64,000 nucleotides of DNA. Origin: Spirochaetia bacterium. GTDB taxonomy: Bacteria > Spirochaetota > Spirochaetia > WTKD01 > G963693115. How positions within the stretch are numbered: the first letter of the stretch is position 1; the number at the start of each line of letters is the position of its first letter. The notes under the pieces were generated by a model. The model did not search any database. It saw only the letters and a list, made by a program, of their open reading frames with translations, and was not told where the DNA came from. This document shows positions 30,269 to 41,276 of the stretch, piece after piece. The stretch covers positions 224,001-288,000 of the forward strand of contig CBDDCA010000006.1 in assembly GCA_965226055.1 (NCBI GenBank), written 5' to 3'. The position numbers and the translations under genes were made by a program.

Positions 30269-31609
30269 ATGAAAAAGATAACCATTAGTATGATAGGAGC
30301 AGGATCCACTATCTTTATGAAAAATGTCTTAGGAGATATATTGCTCACGCAAGATATAGGAGCAGTTCATTTTAAGTTACAAGACATAGATACTACTCGG
30401 CTAGAAGAATCTGCATTTGTATTACAAAAAATGCTTGATACCCTTAACAGAAACGATAGCTCTTTTGAAACAACAACAGATCAGAAAAAAGCCATTGAAA
30501 ATGCACAGTATGTTATCGTTTGTTTTCAAATTGGAGGATATCACCCTTCTACTATTATAGATTTTGAAATACCAAAAAAATATGGACTACGTCAAACAAT
30601 AGCCGATACCTTAGGAATAGGAGGAATAATGCGTGCAGTGCGTACCATTCCTCATTTACTCAGTATTTGTAACGATATAGAAACTATAAGCCCTCACGCA
30701 CTCATGCTTAACTATGTAAACCCTATGTGCATGAACACATGGGCAATGTATACATTAGCACCAAAAGTACAGCAAGTAGGATTATGTCATTCAGTACAAG
30801 GAACACATGAATTACTTGCAAAAGAAATGGGAATCAGTCCAGATAGAGTACGATTTCTCTCTGCTGGCATCAATCATATGAGTTTTTTCCTGCATTTTGA
30901 AGAAATATGTAATGACGGTAGCTACAAAAACCTCTATCCTGCATTAAGAGAAAAATATCTTTCGGGCAAAGCTCCAGAATTTATGGATATGTGTCCAAAC
31001 TACACCCGATTTGAATTATTTAAGCACTTTGGATATTTTGTAACCGAATCATCAGAACATCTTAGTGAATATGTTCCTTGGTTTATAAAAACTGGACGTC
31101 AAGATTTAATCAACACATTTGAAATTCCTCTTGATGAATATATACACAGATGTGAAAATCAAATACAAGAATGGAACAGTCGTGTACAAGATCTTAAACA
31201 ATCAAATACCATAGAGATTACTAAATCTCATGAATACGCTAGTACCATTATCAAAAGCAAAGAAACAGGACAAGCAAATGTTGTATACTGTAACGTAAAA
31301 AACAATGCTCTTATAAACAATCTTCCACAAGATGCTTGCGTTGAAGTTCCTTGTGTTGTCGATGCAAATGGAGTACAAGCTACCGCTGTAGGAACTATTC
31401 CTGAACATCTTGCTGCACTTATGCGAACTAACATCAATGTACAATCACTGGTAGTAGAAGCTATCAAACACGAAAATAAAGAACATCTCTATCACGCAGC
31501 TATGCTAGACCCACATACTGCAGCAGAGCTTGATTTAGAACAAATTCATAATTTGGTAGATGATCTTATTACTGCACATGGTGATATGCTTCCTCAGTGG
31601 ACCCATTAG
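30269..31609 (+). CDS. melA: GH4 alpha-galactosidase (MelA-like)
   Basis: IGAGS, QTIADTLGIGG, NYVNPM, GLCHSVQGT, AGINHM, TESSEH, DPHTAAEL. Confidence 0.92.
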   Translation: MKKITISMIGAGSTIFMKNVLGDILLTQDIGAVHFKLQDIDTTRLEESAFVLQKMLDTLNRNDSSFETTTDQKKAIENAQYVIVCFQIGGYHPSTIIDFEIPKKYGLRQTIADTLGIGGIMRAVRTIPHLLSICNDIETISPHALMLNYVNPMCMNTWAMYTLAPKVQQVGLCHSVQGTHELLAKEMGISPDRVRFLSAGINHMSFFLHFEEICNDGSYKNLYPALREKYLSGKAPEFMDMCPNYTRFELFKHFGYFVTESSEHLSEYVPWFIKTGRQDLINTFEIPLDEYIHRCENQIQEWNSRVQDLKQSNTIEITKSHEYASTIIKSKETGQANVVYCNVKNNALINNLPQDACVEVPCVVDANGVQATAVGTIPEHLAALMRTNINVQSLVVEAIKHENKEHLYHAAMLDPHTAAELDLEQIHNLVDDLITAHGDMLPQWTH

Positions 31610-31643
31610 CATACATATCTATACATACACTATAAAAATAATC

Positions 31644-32459
31644 ATGTCACTATTAGTAATTGATATTGGAAACTCAACCATAGCAGTAAGCGTGTGTACA
31701 AAAGAGGAAGTTCCAAGTACTTACAACACAAAAATTCATACACAGCATGCACATGGTTCAAAACAAACATGGCTTCCTATACAAACATTTTCCACTCAAA
31801 AAGCACTCTCAGAACACACTTCTCTACAAGATATAGAAACCTTGTTATTCTATGATTCTCTCAATATCACCTGTATTGCAATAAGCTCAGTAGTCCCGCA
31901 TCTCACCTCTCGTATTGAAACAGTAGCAAAAAAACACTACTCATGTCCTGTATATACTATACAAACAACTATGCCTTCCCCGTTACAAGCACCTATTGTG
32001 AAAGAACTAGGAACTGACTTATTTGCTAACGCAGTATCTGCATATACAAAAAGTAACGGAAAAGCATCTATTACGGTAGATTTTGGTACTGCTCTTAGCT
32101 TTATAGCAGTACATGGAAACGGAAAGATTGCAGGCGTTGCCATTGCCCCTGGTGTACATACTAGCTTACACTCTTTAGTAAAAAATACCGCTTTATTACA
32201 CAATATTCCCTTACAATACCCTACAAGTGTACTAGGACAAGATACCGAACATGCATTACAAAGTGGAATACTAATAGGAAACGAACAGTTAGTATTTGGT
32301 ATATGCAATCGTATGAAACAAGAACTACACACACCATGCTATAGTTATGCTACAGGAGGCAGCACTGCACTTTTCCACACCCTCAAACACTATTTTGATG
32401 AAATAGACAGCTACCATACAATGAAAGGAATAGCACACATAGCATCCTATAAAGAATAA
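31644..32459 (+). CDS. coaX: Type III pantothenate kinase
   Basis: IDIGNS, SSVVP, LGTD, VDFGTA, GVAIAPG, ATGG; start placed at ATG 31644. Confidence 0.92.
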   Translation: MSLLVIDIGNSTIAVSVCTKEEVPSTYNTKIHTQHAHGSKQTWLPIQTFSTQKALSEHTSLQDIETLLFYDSLNITCIAISSVVPHLTSRIETVAKKHYSCPVYTIQTTMPSPLQAPIVKELGTDLFANAVSAYTKSNGKASITVDFGTALSFIAVHGNGKIAGVAIAPGVHTSLHSLVKNTALLHNIPLQYPTSVLGQDTEHALQSGILIGNEQLVFGICNRMKQELHTPCYSYATGGSTALFHTLKHYFDEIDSYHTMKGIAHIASYKE

Positions 32460-32500
32460 ACACTGGAAGAGAGGCAGTCTGTAATACTAGCCATTACAAG

Positions 32501-34045
32501 TCAAGTAATATACATCTCTTGTATGTATCTCATAAAATCATCCGTTGTTAGCGGTAACAATTCCGAAGGAAATTTACTTGCTCCATATTGATGTATAGCT
32601 TCTTTTAGCCATTCTTTCATTTCTCTCATACTTCCTTGCTGCATACAATGTTCATATTCAGGAAACTCTTGCTTCATTGTATAAAAAAGCTGAGCAGAAT
32701 AAAGATTTCCTAAAGAATAGCTAGGAAAATAGCCAAAGTATCCCTCTGACCAATGAACATCCTGTAATACTCCTTCAGTATAACTTTTTGGTTCAATACC
32801 AAGATATTCCTTATACTTACTGTTCCATGCACTCGGTAACTCATCTACTCCTATGTCACCTTCAATAAGAGCCTTTTCAAGTTCAAAACGTACAATAATA
32901 TGTAAAGTATACCCTATCTCATCTGATTCAACGCGTATCGGTTGTTTCTCTACTTTTTTTAGATGAGCAAAAAATGTCTCTATAGGCATATCACTAAATG
33001 CAGGTACATATTGACATAAAATAGGATACCAATATTCCCAAAACAACGGATGTTTTCCTATCATGTTCTCAAAAAAGCGAGATTGTGATTCATGGATGCC
33101 ATACGATGCTCCCTCATCACACACGGTCTCCTTAAATAGAGCAGATATCCCTAAATCATAAAACGCATGCCCCATCTCATGCATAACAGACGATATTGCC
33201 GATAAAGGATTATGTTCTAAATAGCGTGTAGTAATACGAGCATCGTCTATCCCAAGCCCTACAGAAAAAGGATGTGCAGATACTCCAAGATACCCTATAT
33301 CTTTTGTAAACCCTAGCCCTTCACATAAAGCAGCAACAAAATTTTGCTGTTGTGTACGAGAAACATATGGTAATGCTGGTAATTGCAATGACTTATTTTT
33401 ATCACATAACAGCGTATAGTACTGTATTATTTCATGCTTAAAAGATGAAAATAACTTCGATATATCCTCTGCGGTTGTATGTGGCTCAAACTGATCAATT
33501 AAAGCATCATAACGACTGTATTGCTTTCCTTCCTTATATCCTAAACAGTCAGCGATATTTTGATTAAACGAAATAACTTTCTGCAAACTATCCTTAAACA
33601 CAGTATAATCATTTTTTTCACGTGCTTCTTTCCATGCCAGAGAAGCCAGAGCCGTTTCCTTTTTGAAATCTGATACAAGCTGTGGAGGGATACTTGAGGC
33701 TTTTTTCCATTCTCTATACTTTGTACGTAACCAATGCCGAACCTCTTGTGGCAACTGCTTATTTCCTAGCTGATTCTCCTCTTGTACCTCACATACATAA
33801 AGCAACTCACTGACTGTATGTTGAGTAATCGATTCATGTATTTTCAGTTCAATATAAGCTAACTGTTCTGCACGACTTTTTACTGCAGCTTGAGGCATAT
33901 TAAGTGCCTGATCCCACGATAACAATGCTGATATTCGCTTTAAGAAATAAGTTTCTTTATCAATAGCCAATAAGTCTAACACAGCTTTTTTTACAGTTGT
34001 GTTGACATCATTTTTTTCAAGTAACGATTGCATTGTCATCCCCAT
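32501..34045 (-). CDS. Carboxypeptidase M32 (Taq-like)
   Basis: HPF, DARITTRY, HEMGH, HESQ, IRVESDE, QDVHW, GYFPSYSLGN. Confidence 0.95.
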   Translation of the reverse strand: MGMTMQSLLEKNDVNTTVKKAVLDLLAIDKETYFLKRISALLSWDQALNMPQAAVKSRAEQLAYIELKIHESITQHTVSELLYVCEVQEENQLGNKQLPQEVRHWLRTKYREWKKASSIPPQLVSDFKKETALASLAWKEAREKNDYTVFKDSLQKVISFNQNIADCLGYKEGKQYSRYDALIDQFEPHTTAEDISKLFSSFKHEIIQYYTLLCDKNKSLQLPALPYVSRTQQQNFVAALCEGLGFTKDIGYLGVSAHPFSVGLGIDDARITTRYLEHNPLSAISSVMHEMGHAFYDLGISALFKETVCDEGASYGIHESQSRFFENMIGKHPLFWEYWYPILCQYVPAFSDMPIETFFAHLKKVEKQPIRVESDEIGYTLHIIVRFELEKALIEGDIGVDELPSAWNSKYKEYLGIEPKSYTEGVLQDVHWSEGYFGYFPSYSLGNLYSAQLFYTMKQEFPEYEHCMQQGSMREMKEWLKEAIHQYGASKFPSELLPLTTDDFMRYIQEMYIT

Positions 34046-34073
34046 ATTTCATCTATAATTTGTAATACTAAAT

Positions 34074-35861
34074 TTATAATACTGCTTTATGACGTATTTT
34101 TTCTTGTATAAATGTGATAAAGTCATCTATAGAAAATTCCCCTATTTGATCTCCTTTTCTTGTACGACATGCTACTGTCCCTTTCTCTGCTTCTTTTTGT
34201 CCTATTACTAACATATAAGGAATTTTATCTAACTGTGCTTTTCGTATCTTTGCACCAAGCCGTTCATTATCATTATTTATCGAAGCAAAAATATTATTCG
34301 CCTGTAGCTTTTGCCTATACTCTTCAGCAACATCTCTATACTGTTCTACAATAGGAATAATAACTACCTGTTCAGGAGCAAGCCATACAGGAAAAGCTCC
34401 CGAGTAATGCTCTATCAATACACCAAAAAATCGTTCCAAAGATCCCAGCAACGCACGATGAATCATATAAGGACGCTTTTTTTCTCCATCTTTATCAATA
34501 AAACTCATGTTAAATCGCTCAGGCAAATTAAAATCAAATTGAATAGTCGTCATTTGCCATTCTCTTCCTAGCGCATCCTTAATTTTAAAATCTATTTTAG
34601 GACCATAGAAGGCCCCTCCTCCTTCGTCTATCTCATATTCAATATGTTCTTCTTCTACTGCTTTCTTTAATGCGTCTGTAACCCTTTGCCAGTCATCATC
34701 CTTGCCTACCGCTTTTTTTGGTTTTGTTGCCAAAAAAGCCTTAATATCAGAGAATCCTAAATCTTTCCAAATAGAATAAGAAAATCGTAACACTTCTTTT
34801 ATCTCATTTTCTACTTGATCGGGAGTACAAAAGATATGAGCATCATCCTGTGTAAAACCACGAACACGTAATAATCCATGCAATACTCCTCCTTTCTCAT
34901 ATCGATATACAGTACCAAGCTCTGCCCAACGTAATGGAAGCTCACGATACGATCGCATCTTATTTTGATATATCAGTATATGAAAAGGACAGTTCATAGG
35001 TTTCGCATAATAATCGCTTGCATCTAACTCCATAGGAGAATACATATTCTCTTTGTAAAATTCAAGATGTCCACTTTTTTCCCATAACCAGCTTTTTCCT
35101 ACATGTGGCGTAAACAGTATATCATAACCATTGTGAAGATGTCTTTCACGCCAATAATCCTCCACAGTCACACGAATGCGAGCTCCTTTTGGATGCCAAT
35201 AAATCAACCCTGCTCCTGCCTCTTCATGAATACTAAATAAATCAAGCTCTTTACCAATCTTCCTATGATCTCTTTTTTCTACTTCTTTTAACCACTCTAA
35301 ATGCTGACGTAGCTCTTTTGGTTGAGTCCATGCAGTAGCGTATATCCTTTGTAACATAGGACGCTTTTCATCTCCACGCCAATACGCTCCTGCTACAGAA
35401 AGTAACTTACACGCCTTTGCATTCAAATACTTAGTACTAGGAACATGAGGCCCCTTACATACATCAACAAAATCGTATACTGTATAGGTACTCAACTCAG
35501 CATCATCATGAAACCCACTGATAAGCTCTTGCTTATATGGTTGCTGTTCATACAACTTCATAATATCATCACGAGTATGTACCTGTTTTGTAAATACAGA
35601 TTCTTCTTTTAGTATCTCACCCATAGTATCTTCTATCCGTACTAAATCAGCTTCAGTAAGCGAATGAGGGAGATCAAAATCATAGTAAAAGCCATTTTCT
35701 ATGGGCGGACCAATAGCAGTCTTTGCCTCTGGAAACAGCTGTAGCACTGCTTTTGCCATAACATGAGCAAAACTATGGCGTATACGATACAATTGTTCTT
35801 CTATAGATAATTTTTTATATTCTGATTCATTTATGTTTTCTTCCATAGTAACCTCTTCCAT
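34074..35861 (-). CDS. thrS: Threonine--tRNA ligase
   Basis: RHSFAH, CKGPHV, RDHRKIG, KPMNCP, RVRGFTQDD, FYGPKID, HRALLGS. Confidence 0.98.
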   Translation of the reverse strand: MEEVTMEENINESEYKKLSIEEQLYRIRHSFAHVMAKAVLQLFPEAKTAIGPPIENGFYYDFDLPHSLTEADLVRIEDTMGEILKEESVFTKQVHTRDDIMKLYEQQPYKQELISGFHDDAELSTYTVYDFVDVCKGPHVPSTKYLNAKACKLLSVAGAYWRGDEKRPMLQRIYATAWTQPKELRQHLEWLKEVEKRDHRKIGKELDLFSIHEEAGAGLIYWHPKGARIRVTVEDYWRERHLHNGYDILFTPHVGKSWLWEKSGHLEFYKENMYSPMELDASDYYAKPMNCPFHILIYQNKMRSYRELPLRWAELGTVYRYEKGGVLHGLLRVRGFTQDDAHIFCTPDQVENEIKEVLRFSYSIWKDLGFSDIKAFLATKPKKAVGKDDDWQRVTDALKKAVEEEHIEYEIDEGGGAFYGPKIDFKIKDALGREWQMTTIQFDFNLPERFNMSFIDKDGEKKRPYMIHRALLGSLERFFGVLIEHYSGAFPVWLAPEQVVIIPIVEQYRDVAEEYRQKLQANNIFASINNDNERLGAKIRKAQLDKIPYMLVIGQKEAEKGTVACRTRKGDQIGEFSIDDFITFIQEKIRHKAVL

Positions 35862-35925
35862 TCAATATATATTTATTGTATAGTACTCTTTACAATATTA
35901 CCATACCCTACTGTTCTATATTGGA

Positions 35926-36017
35926 AATTATAGACTGATAGTAAATATGTATAAAATGTTGTATAATTGAGTAAAGGAGGCTGGGCTAATCTAATTTTGC
36001 TTATCCTTGCCAACCCC
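35926..36017 (+). repeat. Isolated copy of the IS1595-like element 3' end (direct repeat of 39086-39180)
   Basis: AATTATAGACTGATAG...TAAAGGAGGCTGGGCTAATCTAATTTTGCTTATCCTTGCCAACCCC aligns with AATTATAGACCGATAG...TAAAGGAGGCAGGGTTAGTCTAATTTTGCTTATATCCATGCCAACCCC. Confidence 0.8.
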
Positions 36018-36040
36018 TAAAATTATTAAAAGAGGTATAT

Positions 36041-38293
36041 ATGAAGTTAAATATATTCTATTTATTTTTTATATTTCTTGTGTTTTCACTTTTTACTTGT
36101 GAAGATATAAAGGTTAATAGTAAGGAAAAAGCCACCGCACCAGCAGAGGCACGCAGTGTTACAGCAAGCCACACCGATACAAGTATAACTATATCATGGC
36201 AAGCCCCTACCCTTACAAGCATACACACAAAAGCAAATGGAGAAAGGCTTACAACGACAGATGTATCGTACAAAGTATACAGAGTAGCAAAAGGAAGTGA
36301 TGCCCGAAGTATAGCCCAGATTAAAACAGCAGACACGAACCCGATAGCAGTAGCAAAAGGAACAACAAGCACAACTATAAGTAACCTTACTGAAAATACC
36401 ACCTATGAAATAGTAGTACAATCAGTCAATGCAACAGATAGTACACAAGTCTCTACAGGCATGCGAATAGAAGTTACTACCCTTGCTACTAATCAAGCAA
36501 CCGCACCAGCAGAGGCACGCAGTGTTACGGGAAGTCCTACCGATACCAGTATAGGCATATCATGGCAAGCACCTGCCCTTACAAGCACACACAAAAAAGC
36601 AGATGGAGAAAGGCTCACAACAGCAGATGTATCGTACAAAGTATACAGAGTAGCAAAAGGAAGCAAAGCCCGCACAATAGCCCAGATTAAAACAGCAGAC
36701 ACAAACCCGATAGCAGTAGCAAAAGGAACAACAAGCACAACTATAAGTAACCTTACTATAAATACTACCTATGAAATAGTAGTACAATCAGTCAATGCCA
36801 CTGACCCAACAAAAATCTCTACAGGTACACTAATAGAAGTAACTACCAATAGTCAAGCAACTGCACCAGCAGAGGCACGCAGTGTTACAGCAAACCACAC
36901 CGATACCAGTACAACTATATCATGGCAACCCCCAATACTTACAAGCACACACAAAAAAGCAGATGGAGAAAGGCTCACAACGGCAGATGTATCGTATAAA
37001 GTATACAGAGTAGCAAAAGGAAAGAATGCCCGCACAATAGCCCAGATTAAAACAGCAGACACAAACCCAATAGCAGTTGCAAAAGGAATAACAAGCACAA
37101 CTATAAGTAACCTTACTGGAAATACTCCCTATGAAATAGTAGTACAATCAGTCAATGCCACCGACCCAACAAAAACCTCTACAGGAGTACAAATAGAAAT
37201 AACTACCAATAGTCAAGCAACTGCACCAGACGAGACACACAGTGTTACAGCAAGCCACACCGATACCAGTACAACTATATCATGGCAAGCCCCTACCCTT
37301 ACAAGCAGTCACAAGAAAGCAGATGGAAGATGGCTCACAACAGCAGATGTATCGTACAAAGTATACAGAGTAGCAAAAGGAAAGAATGCTCGCACAATAG
37401 CCCAAATTAAAACAGCAGACACGAACCCGATAGCAGTAGCAAAAGGAACAACAAGCACAACTATAAGTAACCTTACTGGAAATACCACCTATGAAATAGT
37501 AGTACAATCAGTCAATGCTACCGACCCAACAAAAACCTCTACAGGAGTACAAATAGAAATAACCACCCCAAGCCAAGCTACCATACCAGAAGAAATCCGC
37601 TTTTTAGGAAGAAGTCGAACCGATGACAGTATATCCCTATCATGGATATATATTTATATTACTCCAGGCAAGAAAGCAACTGGACAAAAGCTTACAGCGG
37701 CAGATATATCGTATAAAATATATAGAGTAGCAAAAGGAAAGAATGCCCGCACAGTAGCCCAGATTAAAACAGCAGACACAAACCCGATAACAGTAGCAAA
37801 AGGAATAACAAGCACAACTATAAGTAACCTTACTATAAATACTACCTATGAAATAGTAGTACAATCAGTCAATGAAACGGACACTACAAAAGTATCTACA
37901 GGAGTACGAATAGAAGCAAATACCGATAGTCAGGCAACCGCACCAGAAGATACACAAAGTGTTGGAGTAGATACGACCACCGATGACAGTATAAGAATAT
38001 CATGGGAAGCCCCTACCCTTACAAGCACACACAAAAAAGCAGATGGAGGAAGGCTCACAACAGCAGATGTATCATATAAAGTATACAGAGTAGCAAAAGG
38101 AAGGTATCCCCGCACAATAGCCCAGATTAAAACAGCAGACACGAACCCGATAACAGTAGCAAAAGGAATAACCCACGCAACTATAAGTAACCTTAATGGA
38201 AATACTACCTATGAAATAGTAATACAATCAGTGAATGCAACGGACACTACAAAAGTATCTACAGGAATACGATTAGAAGTAAATACCAAATAA
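36041..38293 (+). CDS. Lipoprotein made of six tandem ~120-aa FN3-like repeats
   Basis: Signal ending FSLFT-C; six ATAP...ISWQAP...YKVYRVAKG...YEIVVQSVN units. Confidence 0.9.
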   Translation: MKLNIFYLFFIFLVFSLFTCEDIKVNSKEKATAPAEARSVTASHTDTSITISWQAPTLTSIHTKANGERLTTTDVSYKVYRVAKGSDARSIAQIKTADTNPIAVAKGTTSTTISNLTENTTYEIVVQSVNATDSTQVSTGMRIEVTTLATNQATAPAEARSVTGSPTDTSIGISWQAPALTSTHKKADGERLTTADVSYKVYRVAKGSKARTIAQIKTADTNPIAVAKGTTSTTISNLTINTTYEIVVQSVNATDPTKISTGTLIEVTTNSQATAPAEARSVTANHTDTSTTISWQPPILTSTHKKADGERLTTADVSYKVYRVAKGKNARTIAQIKTADTNPIAVAKGITSTTISNLTGNTPYEIVVQSVNATDPTKTSTGVQIEITTNSQATAPDETHSVTASHTDTSTTISWQAPTLTSSHKKADGRWLTTADVSYKVYRVAKGKNARTIAQIKTADTNPIAVAKGTTSTTISNLTGNTTYEIVVQSVNATDPTKTSTGVQIEITTPSQATIPEEIRFLGRSRTDDSISLSWIYIYITPGKKATGQKLTAADISYKIYRVAKGKNARTVAQIKTADTNPITVAKGITSTTISNLTINTTYEIVVQSVNETDTTKVSTGVRIEANTDSQATAPEDTQSVGVDTTTDDSIRISWEAPTLTSTHKKADGGRLTTADVSYKVYRVAKGRYPRTIAQIKTADTNPITVAKGITHATISNLNGNTTYEIVIQSVNATDTTKVSTGIRLEVNTK
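36131..38290. repeat. Six ~360-bp near-identical tandem repeats
   Basis: Units start near 36131, 36494, 36854, 37214, 37574 and 37931. Confidence 0.9.
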
Positions 38294-38645
38294 GTAGGAA
38301 TAATGAAAATACTAATAAGTAATTGCATAAAGGTAAAATATTCTAAACGATATACAGAAAGAACACATCCCAAGAACCATATACCGAGAGTAATATAGTG
38401 CGACATTTCACCAGTAAAATATTGAAAGAGGTAGAGTATCAAGTAACCGAATACTTAAAAAGTATAGGAGTAAAAAATGATAGAGAAAAAAGACAGTTTT
38501 AGAGATGGAATGAAAAAAGCAGATAAAAGCGAAGACACTAAAGTTATAGAACAGATATTAAATGAAGTAGGTAACTATTTAGTACAATTCGTTATGTGAA
38601 GTAAGTTGAGAAACAGCAACAAAATGGTATCATATATTTCGAGTA

Positions 38646-39180
38646 ATGATAGCAAAAAAACTCACAGTATATGAAGTATTGATAAAAAGAGAAATAGATG
38701 AAAGTTATTTCGGAGGAAAAAGAAAAGGAAAACGAGGAAGAGGAGCAACAGAAAAAACAATAGTGCTTAGATTGTATAAAAGGAGTGACCATGTGCATAC
38801 ACTCACAATAAGTAATACAACGACTTGCAACTCTATAGTATCATACAGAAAAAATAGCTCCTCAGAGTAGTATCTATACAGACACCTCTCCGAGTGATAA
38901 TATACTTGCTGTATCAGACTTTCAGCACTATCGCATAAATCATGCAAAGGAATTTGCACACAAGCAAAATCATATAAACGAGATAGAGAATTTTTGGAAT
39001 CCAATCAAAGAGACATCTGAGAAGATACAATGGAATACAAAAAAACCATTTTGAATTATACTTAAAAGAATATGAATTTCGGTTTAATTATAGACCGATA
39101 GCAAACATGTATATATGTGTTGTAAAATTGGATAAAGGAGGCAGGGTTAGTCTAATTTTGCTTATATCCATGCCAACCCC
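38646..39180 (+). mobile_element. Degenerate IS1595-family (IS1016-like) transposase remnant with right end
   Basis: EIDESYFGGKRKGKRGRGA motif; downstream frames give HINEIENFW and KRHLRRYNGI..HFELYLKEYEFRFNYR; several frameshifts/stops; end reads GGGGTTGGCA on the minus strand. Confidence 0.85.
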
Positions 39181-39218
39181 ATATTATATTTTCGCCTATA
39201 CAGTTATAATTTTTAGCA

Positions 39219-39252
39219 TTTCTGCTTATCTCTTAAAAGAGAAAAGCAGAAA
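39219..39252. terminator. Stem-loop downstream of the ribose-type ABC operon
   Basis: TTTCTGCTTATCTCTT-AA-AAGAGAAAAGCAGAAA (15 of 16 positions paired). Confidence 0.6.
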
Positions 39253-39283
39253 CATGTGTATATGCATTAACAATGCATGAGAA

Positions 39284-40243
39284 TTACTGTAATGGGTATA
39301 GTAGCTTTTGCACTTCGGGAGTATCGATATTTTCAAGGCTTACATACGTAGCACCTGTATCGATTCTTGGATTTACGCTTTTTCCTTGTAGAGCATCGTA
39401 TACTGACATAACGCCTTTATATCCCATTTGAAATGGATTTTGTACAACAAAGCCATTAATAACTCCACTTTGAAGCAAAGCTATTTCTTGCTCACTAGAA
39501 TCAAATCCAACAAGAATAATATCCTCTCTTCCAATTTCCTGCAATCCTAATGCCGCTCCTACCGCAGAACCTTCGTTTGCTGCAAAAATAGCTTTAAGAT
39601 CTGGATTAGCTCGTACCATATCAACGATAAGATTAGCAGATTTATCATGATCTCCTGCACCGTACACTGGCTCAAGAACAGTTATACCAGAATACTTTTT
39701 TAATTCCTGTAAAGCTCCATCTCTTCTGTCTATCCCTGTAGAACTAGTTGCATCATGAACAATAACGCCTACTTTTCCTTCTTCACCAATAAGAGTAGCA
39801 AGCTCTTTTGCTCCTATCGCTGCAGCATTTGCATTATCAGTAGCAACAAAACTCAATGGAATGTCACTATCTACTCCAGAATCAAACATAACTACTGGAA
39901 TACCTGCTGTATTTGCTTTTTCCACATACGGAATAAGAGCTTCCTTATCTAAAGCAGCAAGCAACAGACCATCAACTCTTGATGTAATAGCATTTTCTAC
40001 CATATTGATTTGTACATCAATCATTGATTCGGTAGCAGGCCCCTCAAAAGTAACTCTAATGCCAAGTTCTTCTGCCGCAGTATCAGCTCCCAGCTTTACT
40101 GTTTGCCAAAATTCATGCTGAAACCCTTTACTGATAACAGCAATATATGTGTCATCATCAGACACAGACTCTTGATTTCCACCAGCAAAAAGCATACCAG
40201 TGAACACCAACAATAAAATAGTTGAAATAATGATTTTTTTCAT
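39284..40243 (-). CDS. Monosaccharide ABC transporter substrate-binding protein (RbsB-like)
   Basis: FAGGNQE signal, SKGFQHEFW, GIPVVMFDS, ATDN, VGFDS, VQNPFQMGY. Confidence 0.93.
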   Translation of the reverse strand: MKKIIISTILLLVFTGMLFAGGNQESVSDDDTYIAVISKGFQHEFWQTVKLGADTAAEELGIRVTFEGPATESMIDVQINMVENAITSRVDGLLLAALDKEALIPYVEKANTAGIPVVMFDSGVDSDIPLSFVATDNANAAAIGAKELATLIGEEGKVGVIVHDATSSTGIDRRDGALQELKKYSGITVLEPVYGAGDHDKSANLIVDMVRANPDLKAIFAANEGSAVGAALGLQEIGREDIILVGFDSSEQEIALLQSGVINGFVVQNPFQMGYKGVMSVYDALQGKSVNPRIDTGATYVSLENIDTPEVQKLLYPLQ

Positions 40244-40264
40244 TATAACCTCCTTATATTATTT

Positions 40265-41248
40265 TTATTTATTGTTCATCCCTCGTTTTATACGCTGATT
40301 ATCAAGATAGACCGCTAGTATTACTACTAAGCCTATAATAATCTGCTGCCAAAATTGATTCACCTGCATAAGATTAAGCCCATTCCGTAACACACTCATA
40401 ATCAAAGCTCCTATGACTGTCCCTAGTATAGTCCCTACTCCTCCCGATAAACTTGCTCCTCCTATTACTGCAGCAGCAATTGCATCAAGCTCTAATCCTG
40501 TAGCAATAGATGGTTGCCCCGAATTCAAACGTGCAGCCATAATGATCCCTGCAAATCCACACATAGCTCCTGAGAAAGTATATACAAAAAACTTCACTAA
40601 TTTTACAGAAATTCCCGAAAGCCTCGCTGCTTCTTCGTTGCTTCCAAGTGCGAAAATATATCTTCCTACTACCGTTTTTGATAATAGTAAATGAGCTATC
40701 ACTGCAAACACAGCAAGATAAATAACAGGCATAGGTAATATACCGTACATATCATAATTATATAACAGCTTAAAATTCTGTTGTTGATTAAAATATATTG
40801 GTCTGCCACCACTCAACACTAAAGCAAACCCTCTCGCACTTATCATAACCCCAAGGGTAGCAATAAAAGGAGGCAATTCTAAATGTGCCACTACTACACC
40901 GCTAAAAGCACCACATAGTATACCAGATATAACTCCAATGACAAGTGCTGGAGCTATAGCCATGCCAGATCTTAAAAGAAGAGCTACAATGACCCCCGAA
41001 ACAGCGACAATAGAACCAACAGAAAGATCAATACCTGCAGTAATAATAACTATAGTAATACCAATAGCCACAATACCAGTTACTGCAGTTTGTTTAATTA
41101 CTGTTATGATATTATCATATTTTAAGAAATAAGGACTTGCAAAAGAGAAAAATATTACAAGTAACAATAAACTTGCAAATATAGCTAATTTTTGAATAGT
41201 ACTAGAATTTATCATCGATTTTTTACAGACAATTTCTTTTTGTGACAT
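40265..41248 (-). CDS. Monosaccharide ABC transporter permease (RbsC-like)
   Basis: GIDLSVGS, PPFIATLG, GSNEEAARLSG, ELDAIAAAVIGGASL. Confidence 0.95.
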   Translation of the reverse strand: MSQKEIVCKKSMINSSTIQKLAIFASLLLLVIFFSFASPYFLKYDNIITVIKQTAVTGIVAIGITIVIITAGIDLSVGSIVAVSGVIVALLLRSGMAIAPALVIGVISGILCGAFSGVVVAHLELPPFIATLGVMISARGFALVLSGGRPIYFNQQQNFKLLYNYDMYGILPMPVIYLAVFAVIAHLLLSKTVVGRYIFALGSNEEAARLSGISVKLVKFFVYTFSGAMCGFAGIIMAARLNSGQPSIATGLELDAIAAAVIGGASLSGGVGTILGTVIGALIMSVLRNGLNLMQVNQFWQQIIIGLVVILAVYLDNQRIKRGMNNK

Positions 41249-41276
41249 TATAATAACTCCTATTTATAATACATAT

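Noticed and set aside
38294-38640. A-rich region with short ORF fragments upstream of the IS remnant
   Set aside because: No recognisable motif or IS left end; cannot be assigned
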